64,000 bases of DNA from Hormiphora californensis (taxonomy: Eukaryota; Animalia; Ctenophora): assembly GCA_020137815.1 (NCBI GenBank), contig CM035350.1, forward strand, positions 5,704,001 through 5,768,000. The letters are read 5' to 3'. How positions within the stretch are numbered: the stretch's first letter is position 1; every line of letters starts with the position of its first letter. Below the pieces are notes generated by a model. It saw only the letters and a program-made list of their open reading frames with translations, did not search any database and had not been told where the DNA came from. The position numbers and the translations under genes were made by a program. Positions 1-20,478 of the stretch are shown in pieces.

Positions 1-902
1 CTCAGCAAGTTGACATGGACAGACTGGGAACATGTCAGTAGTAGAAGGGAGTAGGGACAACTTTTGATTCCGTCAGCGTCTGGTCGGGTATATTTGTCTG
101 GCTGGAGATCTGTATTCAGAGCCGATGTCGATCTATCGCTGTGCGACGTGCGTGTGGGGGGGGGGGGGCATCTAGTATCTACGTCACTCTCACGACGATA
201 GATATTGCTGCTGCATATGCAGTATATTTTGGTTACGAAGTCACCCCTATTATTGCATATAGGGGTGACAATACCGCCTACCTAAAAATGAAAATTTACG
301 GGACCTTCTCATAAAAAGTTATCGAAAACTTGTCTGAAACCTATCTAAAACGTATGGTACTAGTTTGTATAGTAACCAGGACCTGAATTCTACAGAAAGT
401 AACGACCGGTAGCGATTACACCACATGTTTAACAACAGAGGTGTGTCGCATAACTCCTTATATGGGCATAAAATTCCAATCTTGTGGAATTTTTTCTGAC
501 TCGACTATAGCTTAGTTATCAATGAATCCACCTCTAATACCTTTGGAATGGCATTTTGCACATTTCTGAAGGTTTTTGTAGCCAAATTCCAGCATCTTCA
601 TAGTTTTCCAAAAACAAAAACAGTGTTAATGGCCAAAATATCGAAAAATTCCGGTATGTAATGGTAGCTCAGACAATTTCCTCGGTATGTTCAAAAAATT
701 AGAACTTTCTGTTTTGTAGTTTGGACACAGGAATTTTTTTCCCGCCGTACAAGCGATATTATTACCCCTCCGTGAGCTAGCGCAGAGGGGGAATTTCATT
801 ACCAACAGTATATTGTGACGTCAGACCATATTGCAGAGTGCAGGGAGGCAGGTTGCGCGCACCGCATAACCCGTGTTGCACGGCGCCCTACTGACATCTT
901 AC

Positions 903-8932
<8,030 letters not shown>

Positions 8933-9774
8933 ATTTCAGTCTAAGGAAGATAAAAAATTTGAGCTCATGAACCATAAACCATAACAGTTCCATGTAGGCC
9001 CTCTGAAGAAGGGCGTGTAATTCGTGACAGAACTGCAGCGTATGCCAACCCCTATGTTAACAATCTAAAGACATAGGGGAACAATGGCACATGCTACCGG
9101 CTACAGTCCCTATAATTGTGCGAGAATGTAGCGCTTTTAGAATTTCCACAGAAACAAAAAGCAAGGCAACTAGGATAAATCCAATGTCGGGGTGCTGATA
9201 TCCCTTTCTATGGCGTACATTTTGGTACAGATTTCTCTGCAGCATAGCCGGGCGCCGTTACGATCTGGATTCTGGGTGTTTGGTGGCCTGTTTAAAAAAA
9301 AACTGCCAAAAAAGTTGATTCACTAAAATGATCACGAGAAAAAAAATCCTCTGCGCGCATAATTTTTGGGTGAACCGGACACCCTGGTCATGTCAAAATG
9401 CACTGTGGCGCGCGGAAGAACCCTCTTTATGCTCTGCCGTGCGTTACAGGTGCGCGCCGCGCAGGGTCCAGCAGAGCTCTGCGCGGGTGGCGCCGGCTAT
9501 CGTTAAAATCTGGGTGTTTCGACTTTCGTGAGCGCTGACAAACGGTTTTTTAGGGTTAGGGCTAAAGTGGGTTAGGGTTAGGGCTGGGGTTTGGGTTGGG
9601 GTTAGGCCTTGACATTTCCTACCAGATAAACTTTGAATTAGCCAAAACGGTTGAGTGGTTTGGCTAACTTCCGTTCCTATGATATCATACATACAATACC
9701 TAGTATGATCGTAACCCGAATGACCTTTCGATTTCCTCTGACCTCCTGAATCCTGACCTCTGAATCCTTTCATA

Positions 9775-10420
9775 GATTCTATCCTCAACAACTCATCATA
9801 TCCTCCACCATCCATCCTATCCTCCACTTTTCGTCCTATCCTCCACCATCTGTCCTATCCTCCACCATCCGTCCTTTCCTCCACCATCCGTCCTATCCCC
9901 CACCATTCGTCCTATCCTCCACCATATGCTATATGCTCTATCCTCCACCATCCTATCCATCCTATCCTTCACCATCCGTCCTATCCTCCACCATTCGTCC
10001 TATCCTCCACCATCTGTCCCAGTCTCCACCTTTCGTCCTATCCTTCACCATCCGTCCTATCCTCCACCATCCGTCCTATCCTCCACCATCCGTCCTATCA
10101 TCCACCATGATCTGGAATATCCTCCACCACCATCTGTCGCATCCTTTCACCATTCGTCCTATCCTCGACCATCCGTCCTATCCTCCATCTTTCGTCAAAC
10201 TTTCCACCACCCGTCCTATCCTCCACCATCTCTCCCATCCTCCACCATCCGTCCAATCCCCCACCATCCGTCCAATCCCCCACCATCCTTCCTATCCTCC
10301 ACCATCCATCCTTCACCATCCATCCTATCCTCCATCATCCTGTTCCTATCCTCTATCAGCTGTCCTAGACAGTACCATCACTCCTATCCTCCACCATCCG
10401 TCCTACTTCACCACCATCCC
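9775..10420. repeat. ~19-bp degenerate minisatellite (ccaccatccgtcctatcct)n
   Basis: Dozens of degenerate copies; it generates the spurious His/Pro-rich ORFs at 9926-10720. Confidence 0.9.
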
Positions 10421-11166
10421 GAGTTAGGAGAGACGTCCTCCACATATTGTTCAGAGCTAGGGTTTTTTGAGTGCGTATTCTTGTTCGTTTGTGTGTGGTG
10501 GGTGTATGGGTTAGTAGGATCTTGGCAACTGAGATGTGGAGTAGAGTCTGAGGGTAGTCGAGAATTGGCCGAGTATGGGCCAGGAGAAAACAGTTACAAG
10601 AAACGTGTACCGTTACGAAAACGGCTGAAAGTGCAGTTATTCCTGCAGACTGTAAATGAACACTTCGAAAGTGACGATAAGTATGTGTTTATCAATGACA
10701 ATCTTACTATTTTTATGTAAACGATGTGTGCTGAACATGATTTACTGTTTCCAAGTAGTCTAGGTATGCTGTGTCCGTTTGTGTGTGCACCTCTGTGTTC
10801 TCTTGTGAGATGACCATTTTTTAATTAACTTATTTAACTTAACTTATTTGTACTACCGTATTTTTAACTAACTTATTCGCCTTTTTCTTTTCGATTTTAG
10901 TAATTTATTAAACCCGGTTAAATCTATCTGTCCGTTTAGCTCTCAGCTCATTGTTACCCGTCTCATTGGTTCGTCTGTGTGTGTTTGTCCCGCTTTAGGT
11001 AACTGCTGTTGTGCTATTAGCCTCGGCCTAGAAGCGTATATTAATGTACTTAATTTTTAACTATATTTTATACGTATAGTGTAAGAGCGGGAGAGTCATA
11101 TATTTTCTTATATTGACTTGATATAAATTGTGAAGTTCATATTCATATTCATATTAGAGCCATTTT

Positions 11167-11325
11167 AGCCTCTTTTACAGTTCGCGGAAAAATTTTATGC
11201 ATAAAATTTTTCGCATTTTTCACAGAAGAAGTTCTCAGTTCAGTCTTCTGTCTTCAGAAATGCTTAAAATCGTTTAAAACCGCCTCAAAATGCCAGAAAT
11301 TCTTCCGCGAACTGTAAAAGAGGCT
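11167..11325. mobile_element. Small MITE with 23-bp terminal inverted repeats (possibly PIF/Harbinger-type)
   Basis: agcctcttttacagttcgcggaa (11167-11189) and its exact reverse complement ttccgcgaactgtaaaagaggct ending at 11325. The target-site duplication is not clean. Confidence 0.6.
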
Positions 11326-11605
11326 TCAACTCTTCACCAGTTCAAATCTCAGTTGGGTAGATTTCTCTCCAGTCTCCACTATTCCTGACACACCTGACAC
11401 CCCCTGTCAGCGGTTACCCTGCTCAAGCGGCTTGAGTCAAGCCAACATCCACTCTAATACTGGAGTGGTGCTCGTAAAATTACATTCTTGTGTGGTTTTT
11501 ATGTTCGCTGAGCTGACCGTGTGTTTTTAGGAGGCTCATTGTTTTAATGTATCCTGTGTTTCACAAATTCTAAAACTGAACCGAACTGAACTGAACTGAA
11601 CTGAA
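11326..11605 (+). mobile_element. Degraded 3' end of a LINE (CR1/L2-group-like) with a (GAACT)n tail
   Basis: Broken reading FKSQLGRFLS..IPDTP..PVSGYPAQ resembles LINE ORF2 C-termini, followed by a short 3' region ending in gaactgaactgaactgaa. Confidence 0.4.
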
Positions 11606-11776
11606 TTATTGGCCGAGAAATTATAGTTAAGATTTGTAGATTTGGGATATTGTTATTCAACTTATTGAATACTTTAAAAATCAACAAGTAAACAAGGGTG
11701 GATCAGGTCAGTTGATGTACTAATCGTTCATCTTCAAAGCGGGAAATATTCAAGAAAAAGTGTTCCCAGCACGCCT

Positions 11777-12127
11777 TTATATGGTTAGTGTTCCCATTAA
11801 AATGGAGGGCTGGAACCCGTGCCAAAACACAACTCTAAACCCTGCTTCAGCTTTCACACAGTTATACACGATCATATGCCAGTATGAAATGATCCAATTT
11901 AGATCTTTCAACTTCCTGGACCCCCCGAAAAACAGCCCCGAAAACTCTAGACCCGCTTTTGATAATATTTTCCCCACCGTCCTATCTTCTGGAATATCGT
12001 AGTCACTCTCTGGGAATGATAAAATAGTGGGAATAACAGAGTGATGGAGGACATATCCCATCCCAGAGCACCAGGGGCACTCAGCATCTGCATGTTGGAA
12101 TGTACTGTGCCGATAGGAACTTTCAGT
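11777..12127 (-). pseudogene. Possible GT31/galactosyltransferase-like fragment
   Basis: Open frame reads CPWCSGMGYVLHHSVIPTIL..PEDRTVGKILSKAG, resembling the YCSG.GYVLS..EDV.VG motif. There is an upstream in-frame stop and no clean gene model. Confidence 0.25.
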
Positions 12128-12770
12128 GAGTCAATTAGACCCAATAATGCTCAATTAGGACACTTTCCCGAATCCCGACCTTTGAGGGATTGCTTACGTA
12201 ATTCAGCGTATAAAAATTAGTCAGATACTTTTTGACCCTCGGACCCCCCCCCCCCTCTGACCTTAACAGTAGACATGGAGAGCTGCTCCAGGACGGTAGA
12301 GGAGACTAGAATGGGAATCACTTACATAATGTATCCTCACGTTAAGACCCTTCCTTGCTATTTTCACCCGGAAGTCCTCGGCAACCCCCTCCAAACAATT
12401 TTAGATCACAGATCCTTTTTCACGTAATCGTACTTCGTAAGTTTCATTAATTTTGGTGTTGCTTGGTTGGAGTAAAATAACTGTGTCAAATTCCAGGCTT
12501 TTTGCAAATGTAACAAAGTTTTAAAATCTTCCTTTTGTAATTGAATGGCTACTTGAAAACACACAAGTCTGCTTGTGCCATTCTAGACTCTCCGACCGCA
12601 GTTTAACACTCGTGAATAGACTCGTGAATAGCCTCTCTCCCCTCAAAGTGTGTTCCCGCTCTTTGATTCGCATTATATAGTTACAACAAGGCATGCCTGG
12701 CTAGTTCGCCTTGTAATACATATTTCCCTGAATCCCTACAATTCTCTCCTTCATACCCTATCGTTACAGG

Positions 12771-13811
12771 ATGCTGATCATCCTCCTTCTCTCCTCCCTC
12801 CTACCTGATCTGATCTCCTCTCTTGTCTGCACCAGTCTCCAAGGAGATCGGCCCTGGTATCTCCTCCTGAAACCACCTCACGTAACGGATGCCTACTATG
12901 CTGATTCCGCGGCTCCCTTTCTCAAACCCTACCAAGTCGGTATTGATTCCTACATGAGTCCCCCTGCCATGACAATGAGAGATGTGTACTGGCCTGGTAG
13001 TAACGGTAGCACAGGTGTACATTATCTGATGTATAACGATGAGGTACCGGGTGGCCAGAAAAGTTTTGACCATGGTCACACAAAGGGCACGCTAATGTTT
13101 GACAACAAAACCATTGTGTATTTGGTTCACAGTGTACCCCACTATACCTACAACCGGTCAGCAGACTACGGGTACCCGCACTCAGGGGTACATTATGGGC
13201 AGCACGTCCTGTGTATGACCCTACCAATTGATATGTTGGGTAAACTAGCCTACCAAATCCGAATGATGTGGCCCTTTGTGTATGAGTGGAAGATTCCTGG
13301 TGACATCCTGACCAAATTCCCCGATCTGCAAGGAATTGTGAATAATGTTCCGCTAGACAGTGCCAGTAACCCGACCTCCTCCGTCCTTCCCCTGTCCCTA
13401 GTGGATGGGACGGAGGTATTGGGTTTCAGTAAGTCAGGGGATTTTGGTGCAGATATATACGATGCCCTGATTGCACCCCACTACTCTCCTCCCCTCAGCC
13501 TTTACACCGAGACATGGCAGAACGGACACGCCAAACTCCACTCAAATTGCACTGACGGGAGTTATTTTGTTAAGAATATTGTTTACATGAAGTTCTGGAC
13601 ACTCGGTTTGGACTACAAGGAGACGCTTGATCACAGCAAGTGGGCTATTTGTGGGGACGGATCAAGGCCGGTCGTGTGTTTTGGAGGGGTTAATAGGATG
13701 GCATCACAATTCAAAAGGGGTGGTGGAATGTTCTGTTTTGAGAACCACCTCCTCTACGAGTATCTGTATGCGGGTGTAGGAGAGGTTGAGGAGTGCAAAG
13801 AGGACATGTAG
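12771..13811 (+). CDS. DNASE2: Deoxyribonuclease II (lysosomal acid DNase, PLD superfamily), single coding exon
   Basis: 346 aa with a signal peptide, YLMYNDE, GHTKG, LVHSVP, YGQH, DHSKW, NRMASQFKRGGG; both catalytic HxK motifs are present. Confidence 0.95.
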   Translation: MLIILLLSSLLPDLISSLVCTSLQGDRPWYLLLKPPHVTDAYYADSAAPFLKPYQVGIDSYMSPPAMTMRDVYWPGSNGSTGVHYLMYNDEVPGGQKSFDHGHTKGTLMFDNKTIVYLVHSVPHYTYNRSADYGYPHSGVHYGQHVLCMTLPIDMLGKLAYQIRMMWPFVYEWKIPGDILTKFPDLQGIVNNVPLDSASNPTSSVLPLSLVDGTEVLGFSKSGDFGADIYDALIAPHYSPPLSLYTETWQNGHAKLHSNCTDGSYFVKNIVYMKFWTLGLDYKETLDHSKWAICGDGSRPVVCFGGVNRMASQFKRGGGMFCFENHLLYEYLYAGVGEVEECKEDM

Positions 13812-14075
13812 CGGGGTGGGGAGAGGTTTATAACAGTTTAGTTTTGTATTGACAGACTCACAGTTTTATTTTCACCTTTGTTTTATGTTTTGTTACCCCT
13901 GATTTTTATACCAAATCTAATAATTATTGTGCTTGTGTATAATCTAATCTAATGTTTTTTCTAAGAATATTGGCAATTGACCTGATTTACAAATATATTA
14001 GTCTTGAATCGTATGCTTCATATTTTTAACAACATAACCAATCCATTGTTTACTAGCTAGCTTCTCTTTCACACC

Positions 14076-15408
14076 ATGGTTCTACGTAACGAGACGCCCC
14101 CTGGTGCCATAGATGGGGATGTGGTGGAGAAGGCACTACATGGTTATGTGGGCTTCGCTAATCTGCCCAACCAGGTCTTCAGAAAGTCGGTTAAACGAGG
14201 CTTCGAGTTTACGCTCATGGTTGTTGGTGAGTTCAGTAACCAGTTGTTGTAACCTCCGTCCCACTTCCCTCAGGCTGCCTTTTGGTAACCAGTGCGGTAC
14301 ACACATGTTCAATGTTGCTTCCTCCCCTCTGTCACGTCATGTCTGTTCATGAGATATATACCTGGTGTGTAGGTACACGTTGGGTGTGGTAGGTGTGAAG
14401 AAACGCTAGAGTTGAGGGCTAGTCAAATGTAGGAGAGAGAGAGCGAGAGAGAGAGCGTGAGAAATGAATCAAGAGAAACGTTTTCAGGTGCATAATAAAT
14501 TCAGCTGCAAATTAATCTGAGTAAGGTGGGCACTAGTACAGGACGTCAGTGCGTTTAGCTCTAAGTGGGGGTGTATTGTCCGTACCTGAGATGTGTGTAC
14601 TTCTCTTGATAACTGCTAGTGTGAAATTAGACAGAGATTGTGTGAGATACACACACACACACATAATTTGAGTGAGAGTGGAAACATATTTATCAAAGAA
14701 TAAAAGAAGAAATTCAGTGTACTAGCACGTGCTAGATTGTTCGAATACGGTATTCTGTTGTCACTCTATTGAGAATATATCTATCGCGGAGAAATGATAG
14801 CAGAATATGATAGAGAAGATAGAGGGAGAGGGAAAAATAAAGGACCGTCGGGGCTTCTCTCTAATTTGCAAGTCATTCTAACAGCAACCCTGGAGACTGG
14901 AGCTTGCCCTTTATCACTATCTATTATATATCCTTTACTTGGAATTGTTTTTTCTCAACTCACTCCGTGTAAACAGTGTTTCTATTTCCTAACAATTCGA
15001 ATTACCCCTAGGTTCATCTGGATTGGGGAAAAGTACCCTAATCAACTCTCTCTTCTTATCTTCAATCTACGAGGACCAGAAATATGGATCATCTGAAAAA
15101 CCACCCAAAACGGTCGAGGTAACAATCCCATTTTAGGGTTCTCCAAACTTTTCACAAATGAGTGTCAATGGCTGTGTAGTGTGTGTTGGTTTGTGTGTTT
15201 TTGTTGTAGTGAGGGGAGCTGTGGTTTGTTGCATCTCCCTAGCTGCTCATATCATTGTTGATCTTAAATTGGTCTGGGTTTCACTGAGGGAGAGAGAGAT
15301 GTAGGTAGCAAAATGAATGTATGTATGATCTGCAGAAGTTTCTGGAAATAAGACACCATTCTTACTAGTCACACAAAACAATATCTTGTGTGCGTGTTTC
15401 TCTCTCTC

Positions 15409-15443
<35 letters not shown>

Positions 15444-15614
15444 ATCTTACTATCTCAATCTCTCCGTACATCGGTGGTTACAAATCATCACCTTTCTCTT
15501 TGAAGATCACCAAAACCTCTCTCTACTTTCTCCAATACCCTCTTACAGCTTACTACGTAACTACCCCTTTCTCCGCGATGAGTGATGGACCTGCCAGCAA
15601 TTCTTTCTCTAAGT

Positions 15615-15659
<45 letters not shown>

Positions 15660-18600
15660 ATCTCTCAGTCATCTCCTCTCTCTCTCTCTTTCTCTCGTCT
15701 CTCTCATCTCTCTCAGTCTCTCACTCATCTCTCCTCACTCCTCTCACTCATCCGTTGTTTTTCCTCTCTCCCTCACCTCTCTTTCGCTTGTCTGTAATAA
15801 TCCTAAGCCTGAGTCTGACACGGATTTATAATAAGGCCCTACATTTTATGTATCAGGAACACGTCCACCCTTTGTCGTCACTCTCCGTTCCTTCTATACC
15901 GCCTTTTAACATGTTTCTCCGACACATAAAGAAGTAAACGAACGCTCGTCTAACTGGTTGTGAGAGAACAAGACAAAAAAGGAAGTGAGGGAAGGAAAAA
16001 GAGAACTGTGAATGACACATACAGAGTAGAGAGTTATAATGAAAGTTTATTCTGTAACACGCGACGAGTGGCTAGTGGGCAGTGGCTACCCATATATTAG
16101 ACATAGTACATGCTATCTCACACAAGCACCGCTACAAGAGAGATCGCGCGGTCAGCCGGATCGATCACTATCTCTATCTAGTCTCGGCCCCGGTCGCTCG
16201 CTCCTGCTTCACGCTCTCACTCGACTTCATGCTTCGTCTCTCCTACTCTCTCGAATCTCCTCCTTCTACACTGTTCCATGTGAGCTGTGCAATTGACATA
16301 AGTTGAGTAGCACACTCCTACGCGGACAAAAGGTTGGCACACATACACACAAATCCAACAATAAATAATATGTTATTTTTGGGTAGGGGAAACCCCTTTT
16401 TTTGGGGAAAAAATTCCCCCCAAATTTTAAAAAGTTTTTTGTAAAAAGGGGTGGCTGGGGGTTTTAAACTATTTTTTCCCAGGCCCTCAAACTTTTTTCC
16501 CCCCTCTCCCTACCCCCCTTTTTTCTCCCCCCCTTTTTTTCCCCTTTTTTTTTTCCCCCCCACGCCCCTTCCAAATTTCCCCCTTTTAAAAAAAAATTTT
16601 TTTCCCCCCCCCCCGGGGGGGCCCCAAAAGGGGAAAAAAATTTAAAAAGGGGCCCAAAAAAAACCCCCAAAAAGGGCGCCCCGGGCCAAAAAAACCCCAA
16701 AAAAAAGGGGTTTTTCCCCCAAAAAAGGGGGGGCCCCTCATTCCTTTTCCCCCCCAGGCGTTGTAAAAATTGGGGGGTTTTTTAAAATTTTAAAAAAATT
16801 TTTTTTAAAATTTTTAAATACTTTCTTTTTTCCCCAAAAAAAACCGGGCCGGGGTATTTGGAGTAAAACCCTTTGGGGGGGGGCCCCCAATATTTTTAAA
16901 TTTTGGGGGTTAAAAAACCACCCCAAAAATTTAAAAATTTTTTTTTAAAAAAAAACGGGGGGGAACCCCCCTTTTTTTCCTTTATTTGGGAGGGGGGAAA
17001 AACAAGGGGAGGGGGGGGGGAAAAAAAAGGGGTTTTTCCCCCCCCAAAAAAAACCCTTTTCCCCCCTTTTTTAAAACCTATTTTCTAGGGGCCCCTTTTT
17101 TCCTTTTAAAATTTCCCCCCCAAAATTTCTAAATTTTTCGCTTCCCTTTTTTTCTCTTATTTACCCCCCAAAATTTTTTTCCCCCTTTTCCCATTTCCCT
17201 CTCCCCCCTTTTTTCCCCCCTCCCCCTTTTCCCCTTTTTCCCCCTTTTTAAAAAACCCAAAAAATTGAATTCCCTGATTTTTCCCTTTTTTTTTAAATAC
17301 CCCCTCTTTTGGGGGGAATTTTTTCCCACAGGGTTTTTAAATTTAAACTTTATTTTTTTAACCCCTTTTTCCCAAAAAAAGGGGGGAACCCCAACTAAAA
17401 AAACCGGGGGTTTGGGGGGGACAAAAAAAACCCCGAACCCCAAAAATTTGGGCCCCCCCCCGGGGGGGGGGTTTTGGGGGAGAAAGGGGGGGGTTTTGGG
17501 GGGGTTTTATGTAGGGGAAAGGGAATGGTTTTTTTTTGGGGTTTAAAAGGGGGGGTTTTTTAAATTTTTGGGTTTGAAAGGGTGGGGAGAAAAGGGGGGT
17601 TTTGAAGGGGGGGAAAAATTGGAAAAAAAAAAAAGGGGTTGTGGTTTAGGAGGGGAAAGGAAAAGAAACAAAAGAAGTCGGGTTTTTTAAGGGGGTAAAA
17701 GGGGAAAAAAGTAAATAAGGGAGAAAGAAAAAAAGAGAATATACAGAGAAAAAGGGAAGAGAAAAAACAACCCGGGGGGGCCCTTGCGTTACAGATTTAA
17801 AATTTCACAAGGCACTGTTTCATTAACTTCTTTAACATTTAATACGACACACAAGATACTTCTCTCGTAGTAGTACGATGGTCTAATTGACCGCATCTGT
17901 CTCTCTCTCTCTCTCTCTCTCTCTTCCTCTTTCTTCCTCTCTCGCTCAGCTAGTGGCCATTGTAATCTCTTAATCCGGACACACACATGCCGATATTGGA
18001 ATGAAGAAAGCTCATGGCTACACGAGAGAGAGGGAGGAAGAGAGTATTTTTTTAGACTTCTGAAGCGCTCGTGTTACACTTACACAATAGGGATATTTTC
18101 TGCGACTCTCTGACCCTCTCTTTCTATCTCTCTCGAGTAAGGTATTTAGAAAGGGTGAGGAAGGTACTAAAAAGCGGGATTTTCCCTCCGTAATTTGTCA
18201 ACAGCTTACTTTGCTTCTGGCTTCGCATTGAATGTACGGAAGAGTAATTATGGTTTCTCTTCGTGCTCTAAATTGTAGGAACGCGCGAGTAACACAGACA
18301 CTGATCTGAATAAAGTACAGTGGAAAAGCGCGGGGGATGACGCGCGCGCGAGAGACGTCCTTTCTGCAACTTGTCTCTGCAACTTGTCCCTTTTTTGCTG
18401 GCACCTTGCCTGGCAGTACAGAGCTGGCGCAGGAAGTGTAACATACACTCTCCTTTATCGACCCTCCCTCTAACCACTAACACATTCTCCCATTGCAGAT
18501 TAAAACCCCTGGATATCAAATTCATGAAGAAGCTACATGAGAAGGTGAACATTGTGCCAGTTATAGGAAAAGCAGACACCCTTACTCCTGAGGAGTGTGT

Positions 18601-18904
18601 GGAGTTCAAGGCGAATGTGATGAAACAGATTGAGGAGAATGAGATCAAGATTTATCAGTTTCCTATCGAGGAATTTGAAGATGAAGAGGAACAGCAAGAT
18701 CTTCAGGTGAGAGAGACTTATTATCCTTCCTACTAATCCTTTTTGAAATCCTACATGTAATAGAGTTTAGAAGATGCTTCCGCTTTGGTTCGGGTCAAAA
18801 TTAGCTAGAATTAGAAAATTAGATGACTGTAATTGGGCGTGTGCAACAAGTCCTACTAAAGTTAGAATTGCTATTTCTCTCTTGTTGGGCACACATTCAC
18901 ACCT

Positions 18905-19001
<97 letters not shown>

Positions 19002-19620
19002 TCTCTCTCCCTCTCTCTCTCTCCCTGCTCTGGGACCTGTTGACAGATCCCAGTGCCATATTTACCCCCTCTAGCTCTTTCGGAATATATTTTTCATTTT
19101 ATTCACCCCCAGACAAAGTCTAGTGACAGTGTCTAACTCTAAAAAGTAACATAACTCATCTCCCGGTCACCCAGGCACAACTACCGTTCGCTGTAGTGGG
19201 AAGTAACACCATACTTGATGTAAATGGAAAGAAAATGAGAGCTAGAATGTATCCCTGGGGTATTGCGGAAGGTACGTTATACTTGTTACCCCTCCCTCTC
19301 TGGCATGTTCCTATCTCTAGTATCTGTCTAGATCACTGATCCACTATTAAGTCGCCTGACACTGTGTCCGTGCTCCCCAGAAAGTATGACCAAGTCAACC
19401 ACTCTGTAAATATAAATATATTTTTTCTGCAGTTGAGAATCCGGACCATTGTGATTTCATTTTCCTACGGAACCTCCTGATACGAACACACATGCAGGAT
19501 CTCAAAGATGTGACAAACAACGGTCTTTATGAGAACTATAGGTGTCAGAAACTGGCTGCAGTTACCAGTGTTAGTTTGGACAGTAAAGTTGCTGCCTCAA
19601 ACAGGTTAGTCTCTCTCTCC

Positions 19621-19688
<68 letters not shown>

Positions 19689-20478
19689 TTCTCTCTCCCT
19701 TTCTCTCTCTTCTCTTTCTCGTTGCAGACATGCATCCTCTCTTTTACATTCCTCCCAGAGGTAAACCTGTTATCAATTGTTGTGTTTACAGTTCCCCTAG
19801 ATCTCCCTCCCTATCCAGGAACCCGCTAGCTCAGTTTGAGATCGAGAAGAGGAGTCACCAGGAGGCCCTCAAGAGCATGATGGCTGACTTGGAGAAGACG
19901 CTAGAGGAGAGGGTCAAGGAGAACATGGAAGGAATGGAAAACCACAAGAAAGAGGTATATAATGTTGGTCATGTGTTAGATGATAACCGGTCTGATAATG
20001 ACTTGCTAAGACTGGGAATGATCAGTGGGAGGTATCTCTAACAACTCTTCTTTATCTTTAGATGCAGACCCGACACGAGGCTGCCCAGCGCCACATTGAG
20101 AAGATCAGGTCGGAGCTGGAGGGAAAGAAGAAGGAACTGGCGGAACAGATGAAATTACTGGAGGAGCTTCAGTTGAGCACCAACATCACTGTCAACAATT
20201 CTACCACTTCACTCAACAGGTTAGTGGGTTTGGGATGTATGTGTGATATGTATGGTCTATTGGGCGCACGAGGGATTTTCACTGTTTGCCAAATCACGTT
20301 CCTTCATTGATTGAATGTTGACACGATCTCCATCTACTCAATAGTCACATTGGGCTGCAGCAATGGCGGCTTCTGCCTTCTAGGGTTATCTCACATCACT
20401 CCTAACACACATCTCCCTTTCAGTACCAAAGACAAGTCACATAGTAAGAAGTCGAAGGGAACGAAAAAGTTGTTCTGA
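14076..20478 (+). CDS. SEPT7: Septin (SEPT7-like); internal GTPase exons not visible
   Basis: Exons: 14076-14226 ([29 protein letters not shown]), 18499-18706 ([29 protein letters not shown]), 19175-19271 ([12 protein letters not shown]), 19433-19604 ([22 protein letters not shown]), 19819-19954 and 20062-20219 (coiled coil), 20424-20478 (..KGTKKLF*). Confidence 0.88.
16376..17790. other. Homopolymer-run-dominated block, probably low-quality or unpolished sequence
   Basis: About 1.4 kb made almost entirely of A/C/G/T runs with no periodic unit, unlike the rest of the window. Confidence 0.75.

Noticed and set aside
240-790. Short hairpins gtcacccctat/ataggggtgac (240-269) and cccctc/gagggg (765-790) as ends of a Helitron-like element
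   Set aside because: No second copy or clear termini in the window; cannot be supported.
9550-9606. TTAGGG-like repeats as a telomere or fusion scar
   Set aside because: Only a few degenerate units; such tracts are common in interspersed repeats.
9926-10720. 264-aa His/Pro-rich ORF
   Set aside because: Derived from the 19-bp minisatellite; no splice or domain support.
16451-17546. Phe/Pro/Lys/Gly-rich ORFs
   Set aside because: Products of homopolymer runs in a probably artefactual block.
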